Shown here: positions 39,441 through 48,728 of the stretch, piece by piece
Position numbering within the stretch: position 1 is the stretch's first letter
How the letters are laid out: each line of letters begins with the position of its first letter
Assembly: GCA_023426935.1 (NCBI GenBank)
Contig: JAEZBR010000071.1
Location: 12,859 to 76,858 of the forward strand
Reading direction: 5' to 3'
Length of the DNA: 64,000 nt
Origin: Bacillota bacterium
Lineage (GTDB): Bacteria > Bacillota_I > Bacilli_A > Erysipelotrichales > Erysipelotrichaceae
Program-made: the position numbers and the translations under genes
Notes under the pieces: model-generated
What the model was told of the DNA's origin: nothing
Databases searched by the model: none
Seen by the model: the letters and a program-made list of their open reading frames with translations, nothing else

Positions 39441-40607
39441 ATGGAAAACTTTGAATTTTATAGTCCGACGAGAATTATATTTGGCAAGAGTCAAGAGAAT
39501 GAAGTCGGTAAAGAGATTAAGAAGTATGCAAGTAAAGTAATGCTGGTATATGGGCGTAATAGTATCAAAACCAGTGGTTTATATGACAGAGTTATTGATT
39601 CCTTAAATCAAGAAGGAATTAAACATATAGAATTATCTGGGGTTCAGGGTAATCCGCTTTTAAGCTTAGCTAGAAAAGGTATCGAATTAGCTAAGAAAGA
39701 AAATATCGAATTAGTCTTAGCAATCGGCGGTGGAAGTGTAATTGACACTGCTAAAGCAATTGCGATTGGGGCGAAGAGTGATAAAGATATTTGGGATTAT
39801 TACGCCAAAGGCGAAACCGTAAAAGAAGCGTTAAAAGTCTGGACAATATTAACTGTTGTTGGAGCCGGTTCGGAAATGAGTAATAGTTCCGTACTCACCA
39901 ATGAAGAGAATAAATTAAAACGAAGCGTTAAAAGTGAATTGATTATTCCAACCTTCTCAATTCTTAATCCGGAATTAACTTATACGGTATCCCCATATCA
40001 GACCGCTTGTGGAAGTTTCGATGCGTTATCACATTTAATGGAAAGATACTTTACTAAAACCAAGAATGTCGAATTAACGGATCATCTGATCGAAGCTACA
40101 ATGGTTACAATCATTGATAATGCACCAATTGCGATCAAGGATTCAAAGAATTATGCAGCCCGAGCAGAATTAATGTGGTCGGCAACGATTGCTCACAATG
40201 GCTTATTGAATACCGGCAGAGTCGGTGATTGGGCTTGCCATGCAATGGAGCACGAATTGTCCGGTGAGTTAGATATCCCTCACGGTGAAGGTCTAGCAAT
40301 GATTACACCTTCTTGGATGAATTATGTTTATAAAGAAGACATTGATCGCTTTGTTCAATTTGCCCAAAGAGTATTTAAAGTAAACATTGAAGGCAGTAAA
40401 GAAGAGATCGCCTTAAAAGGCATTGAATCGTTAAAACAATTCGCAAGCGAATTAGGTTTAAAAACGGATATTAAATCTCTCAACTTAAACGACGAGATCT
40501 TGCATGCCTTAGCACATAGAGCATTGACCCTAGTGCCGAGTATTGGGAACTTTAAGAAACTTAAAGAAGAAGACATATATCAGATATACAAATTGGCTAA
40601 TAATTAA
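39441..40607 (+). CDS. Iron-containing alcohol dehydrogenase, butanol dehydrogenase/YqhD-like
   Basis: MENFEFYSPTRIIFG start, GGGSVIDTAK, HAMEHELSG metal motif. Confidence 0.88.
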   Translation: MENFEFYSPTRIIFGKSQENEVGKEIKKYASKVMLVYGRNSIKTSGLYDRVIDSLNQEGIKHIELSGVQGNPLLSLARKGIELAKKENIELVLAIGGGSVIDTAKAIAIGAKSDKDIWDYYAKGETVKEALKVWTILTVVGAGSEMSNSSVLTNEENKLKRSVKSELIIPTFSILNPELTYTVSPYQTACGSFDALSHLMERYFTKTKNVELTDHLIEATMVTIIDNAPIAIKDSKNYAARAELMWSATIAHNGLLNTGRVGDWACHAMEHELSGELDIPHGEGLAMITPSWMNYVYKEDIDRFVQFAQRVFKVNIEGSKEEIALKGIESLKQFASELGLKTDIKSLNLNDEILHALAHRALTLVPSIGNFKKLKEEDIYQIYKLANN

Positions 40608-41851
40608 ACAATCTTTAAGGAAAGTATTTTAGCAGTTATTTTTGCTTTTTCGACGACATCATCGAAAATGATGATTTGGTGACATCCAAGAACGGAATCG
40701 AGGTAGTGATTGAAATCGTCGAGTTTGATATAACACTGAGTTCGACAAACATTTTCACGTCCACCTTTAATAGTTGTTCCGGTGTTGATACTGATAGAAT
40801 GTGTAAAAGCAGAGATGCGTAACAAAGTAACTCTATGATTAATTGGCAATGAGGCTTCGATACTAGTTCCAATGCCACTTTCATGATGGTTGCGTAGAAT
40901 AAAATCTTTATTACCAGTATTAACAATATCTACTGGTGCTGTGCAATGAGAAAAGTTTATAATGCCATTTTTGTGAATTCCAGGATTAGCCATCCATGGT
41001 TTTGCGGAAGACAGCTTTTTGGCTAGTAACATAGTACAAGCAGAATCAAGATCACCTTCACAAGATGCAATATTATTTGTCAATTCATTTATATAACTAA
41101 CACCTAGGCAACAATTTGTACCAGTATTCAATAGATTAAAACAAGCTAGAGCCATCGCATTAGCATCATGCGATTTCATGATGTTCAATAATGCTTTGGT
41201 CATTTTTGCACCGTTAATAATGTCTTGATCAGTTGGCTCTACAATCTCTTTGGCGTTGTCACGGTATAAGTGATAGAAACTTTTGGCATCCTCATTCGAG
41301 ATTGAATTATATTGATTGACAACTTCGGCTTGAGCAACTTTCTCAACTTCGCGGCAAATCGAAGAGTAGTCCGATAATTTAGAACTGTTTGAAATTACCC
41401 ACGGTTCTGTTTCACCTACTAAAATAAATTTAGAATTTTTTAATTCCAAAGTAGCTTTAACGGCGACAAGTTCCTCAGTTAGTTGCTGTTGATTTAAAGC
41501 AATCGAAGCATTCGGTTTACGATGCAAAACGGCCCAAGTATCCATAACGGTTGGAGCTGCATTATATCGACTAGCTAAATCAGAATCCTCAGGGGTCATA
41601 TTTCCTTCAATATAAGCAGCATAAATAATCGTATACTTATGCTTATTTGATTCTGACATAATCAAAGGTTGTACCGCTCCGGACAAAGGAATTGCAACAA
41701 GAATATCACCGGATTCAGGAAGATTGTCGATTGAAGTAACTAAAGTGATTTTGGAATTAAGCTTTTTTTCCAATCTCTTTATGACCGGAGTTAATGATTC
41801 TATATTATTCCAATATCGAAGTGATGCGAAGGCATAATAATGAATCAACAT
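40604..41851 (-). CDS. L-fucose/L-arabinose isomerase superfamily protein (short form), substrate unknown
   Basis: ASCEGDLDSACTMLL block resembles the catalytic Glu/Asp block of FucI (ATENDSLNGVAML, from memory). Start set at ATG 41851, 2 nt after the kdgK stop. Confidence 0.55.
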   Translation of the reverse strand: MLIHYYAFASLRYWNNIESLTPVIKRLEKKLNSKITLVTSIDNLPESGDILVAIPLSGAVQPLIMSESNKHKYTIIYAAYIEGNMTPEDSDLASRYNAAPTVMDTWAVLHRKPNASIALNQQQLTEELVAVKATLELKNSKFILVGETEPWVISNSSKLSDYSSICREVEKVAQAEVVNQYNSISNEDAKSFYHLYRDNAKEIVEPTDQDIINGAKMTKALLNIMKSHDANAMALACFNLLNTGTNCCLGVSYINELTNNIASCEGDLDSACTMLLAKKLSSAKPWMANPGIHKNGIINFSHCTAPVDIVNTGNKDFILRNHHESGIGTSIEASLPINHRVTLLRISAFTHSISINTGTTIKGGRENVCRTQCYIKLDDFNHYLDSVLGCHQIIIFDDVVEKAKITAKILSLKIV

Positions 41852-41852
41852 G

Positions 41853-42875
41853 TTATCTTTGTACCCTTCCAGAGCCATCACCATTCATTAATTTATTAAC
41901 TTCATCAACAGTAACCAAGTTGTAGTCACCCTCAATAGAGTGTTTTAAACAACTTGCTGCTACTGCAAATTCCAGTGCTTTTTGTTCGGAATAATCATTT
42001 AATAAGCTATAGATTAACCCGGCACCAAAACTGTCACCACCACCGACTCTGTCAACAATATGAATATTATACTTTTTTGAATAATAGGCTTTACTATCGG
42101 AATACAACATTGCAGCCCATTCATTATCGCTAGCAGAAATAGAAGTACGTAGTGTAATCGCAACTTTTTTAAAACCGAATCTCTCTACTAATTGCTTTGC
42201 AACCGACTCATAACCTTGGGAATTGAGTTTCCCTTGAGTATAATCTGTTTCACTTGCTTTGATTCCAAAGACATCAGAGGCATCTGCTTCATTAGCAATA
42301 CAGATATCAACGTATTTCATTAATCTGCCCATGACTTCTGAAGCTTTTTCTTTACTCCAGAGTTTTCCGCGGTAGTTTAGATCACAACTAATGGTTAAAC
42401 CTTTAGCTTTCGCTACTTTACAAGCTTCTTCGCAGATCTCTGGCAGTTTTCCACCTAAGGCAGGAGTAATACCGGTAAAGTGAAACCATTGTGCTCCATC
42501 GAATATTTTATTCCAATCAAAATCTGCCGGCTCACTTAAAGATATTGCTGAATAAGCTCGATCATAAATGACTTTGCTCGCTCTTTGGGATGCGCCTTTT
42601 TCAATAAAATAAATACCTACTCGGTTACCACCACGAACGATTTTACTTGTATCAACGCCATATTTTCTTAAACTGTTTATAGCCGCCTGACCAATCTCGT
42701 GCTTTGGCAGTTTAGTAACGAAAGCTGTGTCGACATCATAGTTAGCAAGGGAAACTGCAACATTCGCTTCTCCTCCGCCATATACTGCACCATAGGAATC
42801 TGTCTGCACAAAACGGTTATATCCAGCGGGTTCTAATCTAAGCATCAATTCTCCAAAGGTTATTACTTTTGACAT
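41853..42875 (-). CDS. kdgK: 2-dehydro-3-deoxygluconokinase (PfkB family)
   Basis: VITFGELMLRL N-terminus, GGGEANVAVSL, C-terminal DRVGGGDSFGAG motif. Confidence 0.88.
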   Translation of the reverse strand: MSKVITFGELMLRLEPAGYNRFVQTDSYGAVYGGGEANVAVSLANYDVDTAFVTKLPKHEIGQAAINSLRKYGVDTSKIVRGGNRVGIYFIEKGASQRASKVIYDRAYSAISLSEPADFDWNKIFDGAQWFHFTGITPALGGKLPEICEEACKVAKAKGLTISCDLNYRGKLWSKEKASEVMGRLMKYVDICIANEADASDVFGIKASETDYTQGKLNSQGYESVAKQLVERFGFKKVAITLRTSISASDNEWAAMLYSDSKAYYSKKYNIHIVDRVGGGDSFGAGLIYSLLNDYSEQKALEFAVAASCLKHSIEGDYNLVTVDEVNKLMNGDGSGRVQR

Positions 42876-42884
42876 GGGTTCTCC

Positions 42885-43850
42885 TTATTTTGAAATTAAA
42901 TGAATCGCAAAACCGGCAATTTCATCTTTGAAATAAATAATCTTAAGATGACCATCATCAGTATAGGCAGCTGACGAATCATCAAAAACTATTCCTTTGT
43001 GTTCCAAATAAACTTTAGCACGGTCAACGGAGTTACAGGAGATTCCAATATGACCATGTGTTCCTCTTCCTTCGCCCTTCATGAATTCGACCAATGATCC
43101 GGCAAAACAAGATTTATTATGTTCAACAACATCCAAATCAAAGAGGTTGCAAAGAATCTTGGCATTTTTAACGGCCTCGGTATCATTGTCGGAATTAATT
43201 CCAAGATGTTTTAATTGGAAGTTATGCATCGATTTGACCGCTGCTTTTGATAAAGCAGTTATTTGATCATAAGCTCCATTTTTAATTAGTTCTGATTTGA
43301 CCATCCAACTTCCACCGCAAGCGAAGATTTTATCATTTGAAAGATAATCGGTAAGATTCAATTCATTGATCCCACCGGTCGGCATGAATCTTACTGTCGT
43401 ATATGGAGCCGCAAGTGCTTTAATCATCTTTAGACCACCGGAAGGTTCAGCAGGGAAAAATTTTAATTTAGTTAAGCCTAAGGCCAGACCTTTTTCAATC
43501 TCAGAGGGTGAGCATACTCCCGGGAGGATAGGATAATCATGTTCCTGACAATACTTTACAATATTCTCATTTAACCCCGGACTTACAATGAACTTTGCCC
43601 CAGCTTTCATGGCTTGGTCTACTTGCTCGGTTGTCAGAACAGTTCCAGCACCCACTAAAATTTCAGGCACATTCTGGGTAATTAAAGATATCGCTTCTTT
43701 AGCTGCAGATGTTCTGAAAGTTACTTCTGCACAATGCAAACCGCCATTTACTAAGGCTTTCGCTAAAGGAATGGCATCATTAGCATCATCAATCTTGATA
43801 ACGGGAACGATTCCTTCTAATTCAATCTGTCTAAAAATATTTGCATCCAT
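42885..43850 (-). CDS. eda: KDPG/KHG aldolase fused to a C-terminal VOC (glyoxalase-like) domain
   Basis: EVTFRT, GAGTV, Schiff-base Lys in LKFFPA, and MPTGG in residues 1-205. Residues ~210-321 (HLGINS...HGHIGISC...GFAIHL) have a VOC pattern. Confidence 0.85.
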   Translation of the reverse strand: MDANIFRQIELEGIVPVIKIDDANDAIPLAKALVNGGLHCAEVTFRTSAAKEAISLITQNVPEILVGAGTVLTTEQVDQAMKAGAKFIVSPGLNENIVKYCQEHDYPILPGVCSPSEIEKGLALGLTKLKFFPAEPSGGLKMIKALAAPYTTVRFMPTGGINELNLTDYLSNDKIFACGGSWMVKSELIKNGAYDQITALSKAAVKSMHNFQLKHLGINSDNDTEAVKNAKILCNLFDLDVVEHNKSCFAGSLVEFMKGEGRGTHGHIGISCNSVDRAKVYLEHKGIVFDDSSAAYTDDGHLKIIYFKDEIAGFAIHLISK

Positions 43851-43904
43851 TATCTAATTCTCCTTTCGAAAGTATAATGAATTAAGGCATAAACTTAAGA
43901 ATAA

Positions 43905-43918
43905 TGTAAACGATTCCA
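43905..43918. promoter_or_regulatory. LacI/CcpA-type operator (cre-like) upstream of the leftward eda operon
   Basis: TGTAAACGATTCCA fits TGNAANCGNWNNCA. Shares the 12-mer AAACGATTCCAC with the site at 44182. Confidence 0.5.
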
Positions 43919-44079
43919 CGGAAATAAACAAGAGATAATGATAAAACTTATGTAAATACTACGGTTTTTGATCTACTAGCTTAATTAAGCAAATCATTTT
44001 GAATAAATGTGAAAAAACAGTGAATAATATCAAGTAAATAAATGATATTTGCAGTTTTTAAAAAAAGTCTGTGAAAGTG

Positions 44080-44109
44080 TTGACGAGAATAATCTGTTGT
44101 GTTTATAAT
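44080..44109 (+). promoter_or_regulatory. Putative sigma-A promoter of the rightward 14-gene operon
   Basis: TTGACG, 18 nt spacer, TATAAT. Confidence 0.5.
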
Positions 44110-44181
44110 CTAATTACGAATTGTAACCGCTTTAGTTAATAATTTAACATTTGTGAAAAAACTTAAATTTATAACGAAACG

Positions 44182-44195
44182 TGGAAACGATTCCA
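44182..44195. promoter_or_regulatory. LacI/CcpA-type operator in the leader of the rightward operon
   Basis: TGGAAACGATTCCA, palindromic at 12 of 14 positions, about 70 nt downstream of the predicted -10. Confidence 0.55.
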
Positions 44196-44249
44196 CAGAC
44201 CTTAATCGTCTCAGACGACAAAAATAAGGTAGAAAAAAGGAGGAATAGA

Positions 44250-45410
44250 ATGAAGAAGGCATTAACAGTTTTGCTTGCTCTGTGTTTAATTGCTAGTCTT
44301 ACTGCTTGCGGCGGTAGTAAACAGACCGACACGGAATCAAGCGAGCCTATTGTCATTGGCTGCTTACAGGATATTACAGGTAAGACGTCATCCTTAGGTA
44401 AGATGGTTACCGCTGGCGTTCAGTGGGCTGCGGATGAAATCAATGCTAATGGTGGTATTGATGGAAGACAAGTTGAGATTAAAGTTTATGATACGACGGG
44501 TAGTGTCGATGAAGCAGTTACGGCATTCACTACTGCTGTTACCGTTGATAAGGTAAGCGTTATCGTAGGGCCTCCAGTAGCGAACATCGCTTTGGCGATC
44601 GCTCCTATTTCGGAAAACTATGATGTTCCGGTATTAGGATTTGCACTTGATAAGTCTTGCCAAGTAAAAGAAGATGGCACCGCTTATAAGAACATGTTCT
44701 TATTCCAACCGAACTCTGATCAGCAGGCTGCTATCATGGCAACCTATGCAGTCAAAGAAGCTGGCGTTAAGACCTTTGGAATTATCTATAATGAGCAGAA
44801 TTCCTATTCTACTTCATTAGTTGCTGGATTTGAAAATACGGTTGCAAGCCTAAATGGCGCAAGCATTACCAAGAAAGTTGCTTATACGGCCGATAATAAA
44901 GATTTCAAGACCTTATTACAGTCCTTAATGGATGCTGATGCAATTTTTGCCCCGAACTATACTGCTGATTTAGCTTTGATTACTCAAGCTGCTAGTGAAC
45001 TGAATTACAAGGGAAAGTTAGTCTGTGGTTTGGATGCTTGTCCTCCATTCAACACAATCGTTGAAAATGTTGATGATTTAAGTAACGTCATCTATATCAA
45101 TAACGTTGACGATACTGAAGAATCAATGGCTAAATTGATCAAAGAAGTTAAAGAAAAAGATGGAATCGATGCTACGAATAAATTCTTCTTGGGCTATGAT
45201 GTTATGAATATTCTAGCTAAAACAATCAAAGAAGTTGGAACTGATTCTGTAGCTATTCGCGATGCCGTTGAAAAACTATCTGGTTATGAAGGCTTAACGG
45301 GAACGATTACAATCAATCCAAAGACTCATATGCCTGAGGGTTTGGAAATGGTTATGTTTACTTATGATGGCAAGACTCCGGTCATGCTGAAACGGTATAG
45401 TGCTGAATAA
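44250..45410 (+). CDS. ABC transporter substrate-binding lipoprotein, branched-chain-amino-acid (HAAT, Peripla_BP_6) type
   Basis: Start at ATG 44250 behind AAGGAGG. Signal peptide plus lipobox LTAC. LivJ/K-like fold pattern (IVIG...GGIDGRQVEIKVYD). Confidence 0.85.
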   Translation: MKKALTVLLALCLIASLTACGGSKQTDTESSEPIVIGCLQDITGKTSSLGKMVTAGVQWAADEINANGGIDGRQVEIKVYDTTGSVDEAVTAFTTAVTVDKVSVIVGPPVANIALAIAPISENYDVPVLGFALDKSCQVKEDGTAYKNMFLFQPNSDQQAAIMATYAVKEAGVKTFGIIYNEQNSYSTSLVAGFENTVASLNGASITKKVAYTADNKDFKTLLQSLMDADAIFAPNYTADLALITQAASELNYKGKLVCGLDACPPFNTIVENVDDLSNVIYINNVDDTEESMAKLIKEVKEKDGIDATNKFFLGYDVMNILAKTIKEVGTDSVAIRDAVEKLSGYEGLTGTITINPKTHMPEGLEMVMFTYDGKTPVMLKRYSAE

Positions 45411-45431
45411 TAATTGATTAATTAAAATCTA

Positions 45432-45463
45432 CGCCTTCCTATTAAGCAATTAGTAGGAAGGCG
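45432..45463 (+). promoter_or_regulatory. Intra-operon hairpin after the binding-protein gene
   Basis: cgccttccta / taggaaggcg 10-bp stem with no T-run. Confidence 0.5.
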
Positions 45464-45487
45464 ATGGATTTAAAAGGGAGTAAACAA

Positions 45488-46366
45488 ATGCAAACTGCAT
45501 TACAGATAACAATCAATGGTTTAGCGATGGGCGCGGTATATGCTTTAATCGCTACTGGCTTTGCAATGATTTTTAATATTTTGAAATTCTCTAATTTCTC
45601 GCATGGAGCATTGATGACAATAAGTGCATTTATAGGATACTATGTTGAAAAAGCAACTGGTTGGCCACTATATGCAGTTATTATCTGTTCAATGTTAGCC
45701 GGGGGCATAATCGCGGTCTTCGGAGAATTCGTAGCCTTCCGAAGAATTATGATTAGACATACATCAGCCATTTATTTTTTCGTTTCATCAATAACGCTAG
45801 GAACTTTATATGAAGGTATCGCAACCTTGTGGGCTGGCGCAAATTTCTATTCTTATCCGGCATTTTTTGAGAAATCATCGTTCATGATAGGATCGGTTGT
45901 TATTTCAACAGCGGATGCGGTAATGATGATTGTTGCAATTGTAGTCTTGATTGCTTTGAGTTATGTTGTTCAGAAGACAAAGGTCGGACGAGCGATGCGA
46001 AGTGTCAGTTTCGACCGCGATACAGCAAATTTAATGGGTATTAATTCGACTCGAATCATTCAAATTGCTTTCTTTATTTCAGGAGCATTGGCTGGAGTAT
46101 CTGGAGTGTTCTTGGGAATGAAATATACATTGACGACTACCTTAGGTAGTATGGTTGTCAAAGGATTCATTGCTTCAGTAATTGGCGGCCTAGGATCGTT
46201 ATCAGGAGCCGTTATTGGGGCAGTATTATTGGGATTGTTAGAAACGGTGTTAACTTTTACGGTTGGTACTGGTTATAAGGAAGTTATTATTTTAGTCATC
46301 ATGCTGGTCTTCTTACTAGCTAGACCTCAGGGCATTGCCGGTAGCAATGTTCAGGAAAAGGCATAG
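45488..46366 (+). CDS. HAAT-family ABC permease (LivH-like)
   Basis: Multi-TM, LivH-type N-terminus QITINGLAMGAVYALIATG. Start at ATG 45488 behind AGGGAG. Confidence 0.88.
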   Translation: MQTALQITINGLAMGAVYALIATGFAMIFNILKFSNFSHGALMTISAFIGYYVEKATGWPLYAVIICSMLAGGIIAVFGEFVAFRRIMIRHTSAIYFFVSSITLGTLYEGIATLWAGANFYSYPAFFEKSSFMIGSVVISTADAVMMIVAIVVLIALSYVVQKTKVGRAMRSVSFDRDTANLMGINSTRIIQIAFFISGALAGVSGVFLGMKYTLTTTLGSMVVKGFIASVIGGLGSLSGAVIGAVLLGLLETVLTFTVGTGYKEVIILVIMLVFLLARPQGIAGSNVQEKA

Positions 46367-46375
46367 GAGGAAGCG

Positions 46376-47251
46376 ATGTTAGCACTTTATGAAATGATAT
46401 CAATCAAAGCCATGATCGGAATTATTTCGATTGTTGGTGTATATGTACTTACCGGATTGACCGGAATGTTCTCCTTGGGTCAGGCAGCTTTCATGGCGAT
46501 TGGATCCTATGTTTCGGGAATCTGTGTGGTTAAACTAGGCTTACCGTTTCCGATTGCAATCATAATCGCAATTATAGTAGCGGTATTGATTGGATTCATT
46601 GTCGGATTACCGACCATGCGATTACGCAGAGATTACATTTCTTTAATCACCTTGGGTTTTGGTGAAGCGTTAACGGCGTTGCTGAACAAACTTACAAAGT
46701 ATACCGGTGGTGCTTCAGGATTCTATGGTATTCCTAAATTAGTGGGATTCTGGGTTGTTCTTGGTTCAACAATTGTCGCGATAGCTTTAGTATATTGGTT
46801 TAAAAAGTCAAAATATGGCAGACAATGTATCGCTGTAAAGTCCGATGAACTTGCGGCTAAAGCTATGGGAATAAATGTTACTAAAATTAAAATGACCGCA
46901 TTCTTATTTTCAATCGCTTTAACGGCTTATAGTGGAGCGATGTATGCGTTCTATATCACTTATGTTGACCCCTCATTGTTCGCTTGGAAGCGTAGTGCGG
47001 ACTGGGTAATTATGGTCTTTTTCGGGGGAGCGAACAGTTTGACCGGTTCGGTGTTTGCCGGTTTCTTCTTAACCGCTTTACCGGAATTCCTAAGATCATT
47101 CTCGGCTTATCGTTATATCGTATATGCCATCTTAGTTCTAATTATTATCAATTTCAAACCTAATGGTTTGTTTGGAAATTTTGAGTTATTTGATTTATTT
47201 AAGAAACGAAAAAAGAAAAAGAGCGTTGTTGTGAAAGAGGAGGTCAAGTGA
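46376..47251 (+). CDS. HAAT-family ABC permease (LivM-like)
   Basis: Multi-TM, GMFSLGQAAFMAIGSY motif. Confidence 0.88.
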   Translation: MLALYEMISIKAMIGIISIVGVYVLTGLTGMFSLGQAAFMAIGSYVSGICVVKLGLPFPIAIIIAIIVAVLIGFIVGLPTMRLRRDYISLITLGFGEALTALLNKLTKYTGGASGFYGIPKLVGFWVVLGSTIVAIALVYWFKKSKYGRQCIAVKSDELAAKAMGINVTKIKMTAFLFSIALTAYSGAMYAFYITYVDPSLFAWKRSADWVIMVFFGGANSLTGSVFAGFFLTALPEFLRSFSAYRYIVYAILVLIIINFKPNGLFGNFELFDLFKKRKKKKSVVVKEEVK

Positions 47252-48021
47252 TGTTACTAGAAATCAACCACATCTATAAAAACTTCCAAGGAGTTGAAGC
47301 CGTCAGTGATTTTTCCTTAAGTTCAGAAGCTGGCGAGATTCATGGGATTATCGGGCCTAACGGAGCTGGGAAGACCACGATTTTCAATGTAATTAGTGGT
47401 GTTTATCCTCCGGTAAAAGGTTCAATTATTCTTGATGGTAAAGATATTTCAAAATTGCCACAATATAAGCGTACTAAAGCCGGAATCGGCAGAACTTTCC
47501 AGAATATTCGTTTGTTTAAAGGATTGACTTGCATGGAAAATGTCTTATGTGCTTTTGATCCGGAATCCAAGTATAACTTCTTTGAAGGAATACTACCGTT
47601 ACCAAGAAGATACAAAGAAGAAAAACGGGGTCGTGAAGAGTGTTTAAAATCCTTGAAAGCGGTTGGAATGGAAGAATACAAGGATGAAAACCCAGAGAAT
47701 CTGGCATATGGATTACAGAGAAGGCTAGAGATTGCGAGAGCTTTAGCTTGTAAACCCAAAGTACTTTTGTTAGATGAACCGGCGGCAGGATTGAATCCGA
47801 CGGAAGTAAGTCAGCTTACTGAATTAATTAAGAGACTTTCCGTTGAATATGGGTTCGCAGTCTTGTTGATTGAGCATCGTCTAGAACTAGTTATGAGTAT
47901 TTCTAAAGATATCCATGTTGTAAACTTTGGTCAGACAATTGCAGTTGGTACCCCAAAAGAAATACAGCAAAATCCTGAAGTAATTAAAGCTTACTTAGGT
48001 GAGGAGGAGAAGCATGACTGA
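47248..48021 (+). CDS. HAAT-family ABC ATPase (LivG-like)
   Basis: GPNGAGKTT Walker A, LAYGLQRRLEIARAL signature, LLLDEPAAG Walker B. 4-nt overlap upstream. Confidence 0.9.
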   Translation: MMLLEINHIYKNFQGVEAVSDFSLSSEAGEIHGIIGPNGAGKTTIFNVISGVYPPVKGSIILDGKDISKLPQYKRTKAGIGRTFQNIRLFKGLTCMENVLCAFDPESKYNFFEGILPLPRRYKEEKRGREECLKSLKAVGMEEYKDENPENLAYGLQRRLEIARALACKPKVLLLDEPAAGLNPTEVSQLTELIKRLSVEYGFAVLLIEHRLELVMSISKDIHVVNFGQTIAVGTPKEIQQNPEVIKAYLGEEEKHD

Positions 48022-48724
48022 GACAATTTTAAAAATAACCGATCTCAGTGTGCGCTATGGGCATATTGAGGCTTTGAACAAAGTAAATGTCGAAGTTGGC
48101 AAAGGACAGATTGTCAGCATTATCGGAGCCAATGGTGCTGGAAAAAGTTCCATGTTAAAAGCAATCTCTGGACTAGTAAAACCGGCAGAAGGAAAGATTG
48201 AATTTGAAGGACAAGTATTACCTAAACAACCATATAAAATCGTCAAGAAAGGCGTAATTCAGGTACCAGAAGGAAGAAAAACCTTTTCTGGTTTAACTGT
48301 CCAAGATAATTTATTAGTTGGTGGATATAATTCAACTAATAGTACCGCACAAGAAGATTTAAAGAAACAATTTGAATTATTTCCTATCTTAAAAGAGCGG
48401 AAGAATCAATTTGCCGGAACTTTATCGGGTGGTGAACAGCAGATGTTAGCAATTGCTAGAGGTTTAATGTCGCATCCTAAGATCTTATTATTGGATGAAC
48501 CTTCTTTAGGCTTAGCGCCAATCATTGTTAATCAAGTATTCGATCTTATTCAGCAAATCAGAGATACCGGCGTAACAATCATGTTGGTTGAACAGAACGC
48601 TAATAAAGCGTTGAAAATTTGCGATTACGCTTATGTTTTGGAGACCGGTAATATTACAATGACCGGAACTGGTAAGGAATTACTAGCATCGGATGATGTT
48701 CGTAAAGCTTACTTAGGAGGTTAA
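48014..48724 (+). CDS. HAAT-family ABC ATPase (LivF-like)
   Basis: [37 protein letters not shown] 48014 behind GGAGGAG. Confidence 0.9.
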   Translation: MTETILKITDLSVRYGHIEALNKVNVEVGKGQIVSIIGANGAGKSSMLKAISGLVKPAEGKIEFEGQVLPKQPYKIVKKGVIQVPEGRKTFSGLTVQDNLLVGGYNSTNSTAQEDLKKQFELFPILKERKNQFAGTLSGGEQQMLAIARGLMSHPKILLLDEPSLGLAPIIVNQVFDLIQQIRDTGVTIMLVEQNANKALKICDYAYVLETGNITMTGTGKELLASDDVRKAYLGG

Positions 48725-48728
48725 ATAT

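Noticed and set aside
44181-44249. GTG-initiated N-terminal extension of the binding-protein ORF (METIPQTLIV...)
   Set aside because: The extension covers the operator palindrome and precedes a perfect AAGGAGG RBS plus ATG at 44250. A canonical lipoprotein signal peptide starts there.
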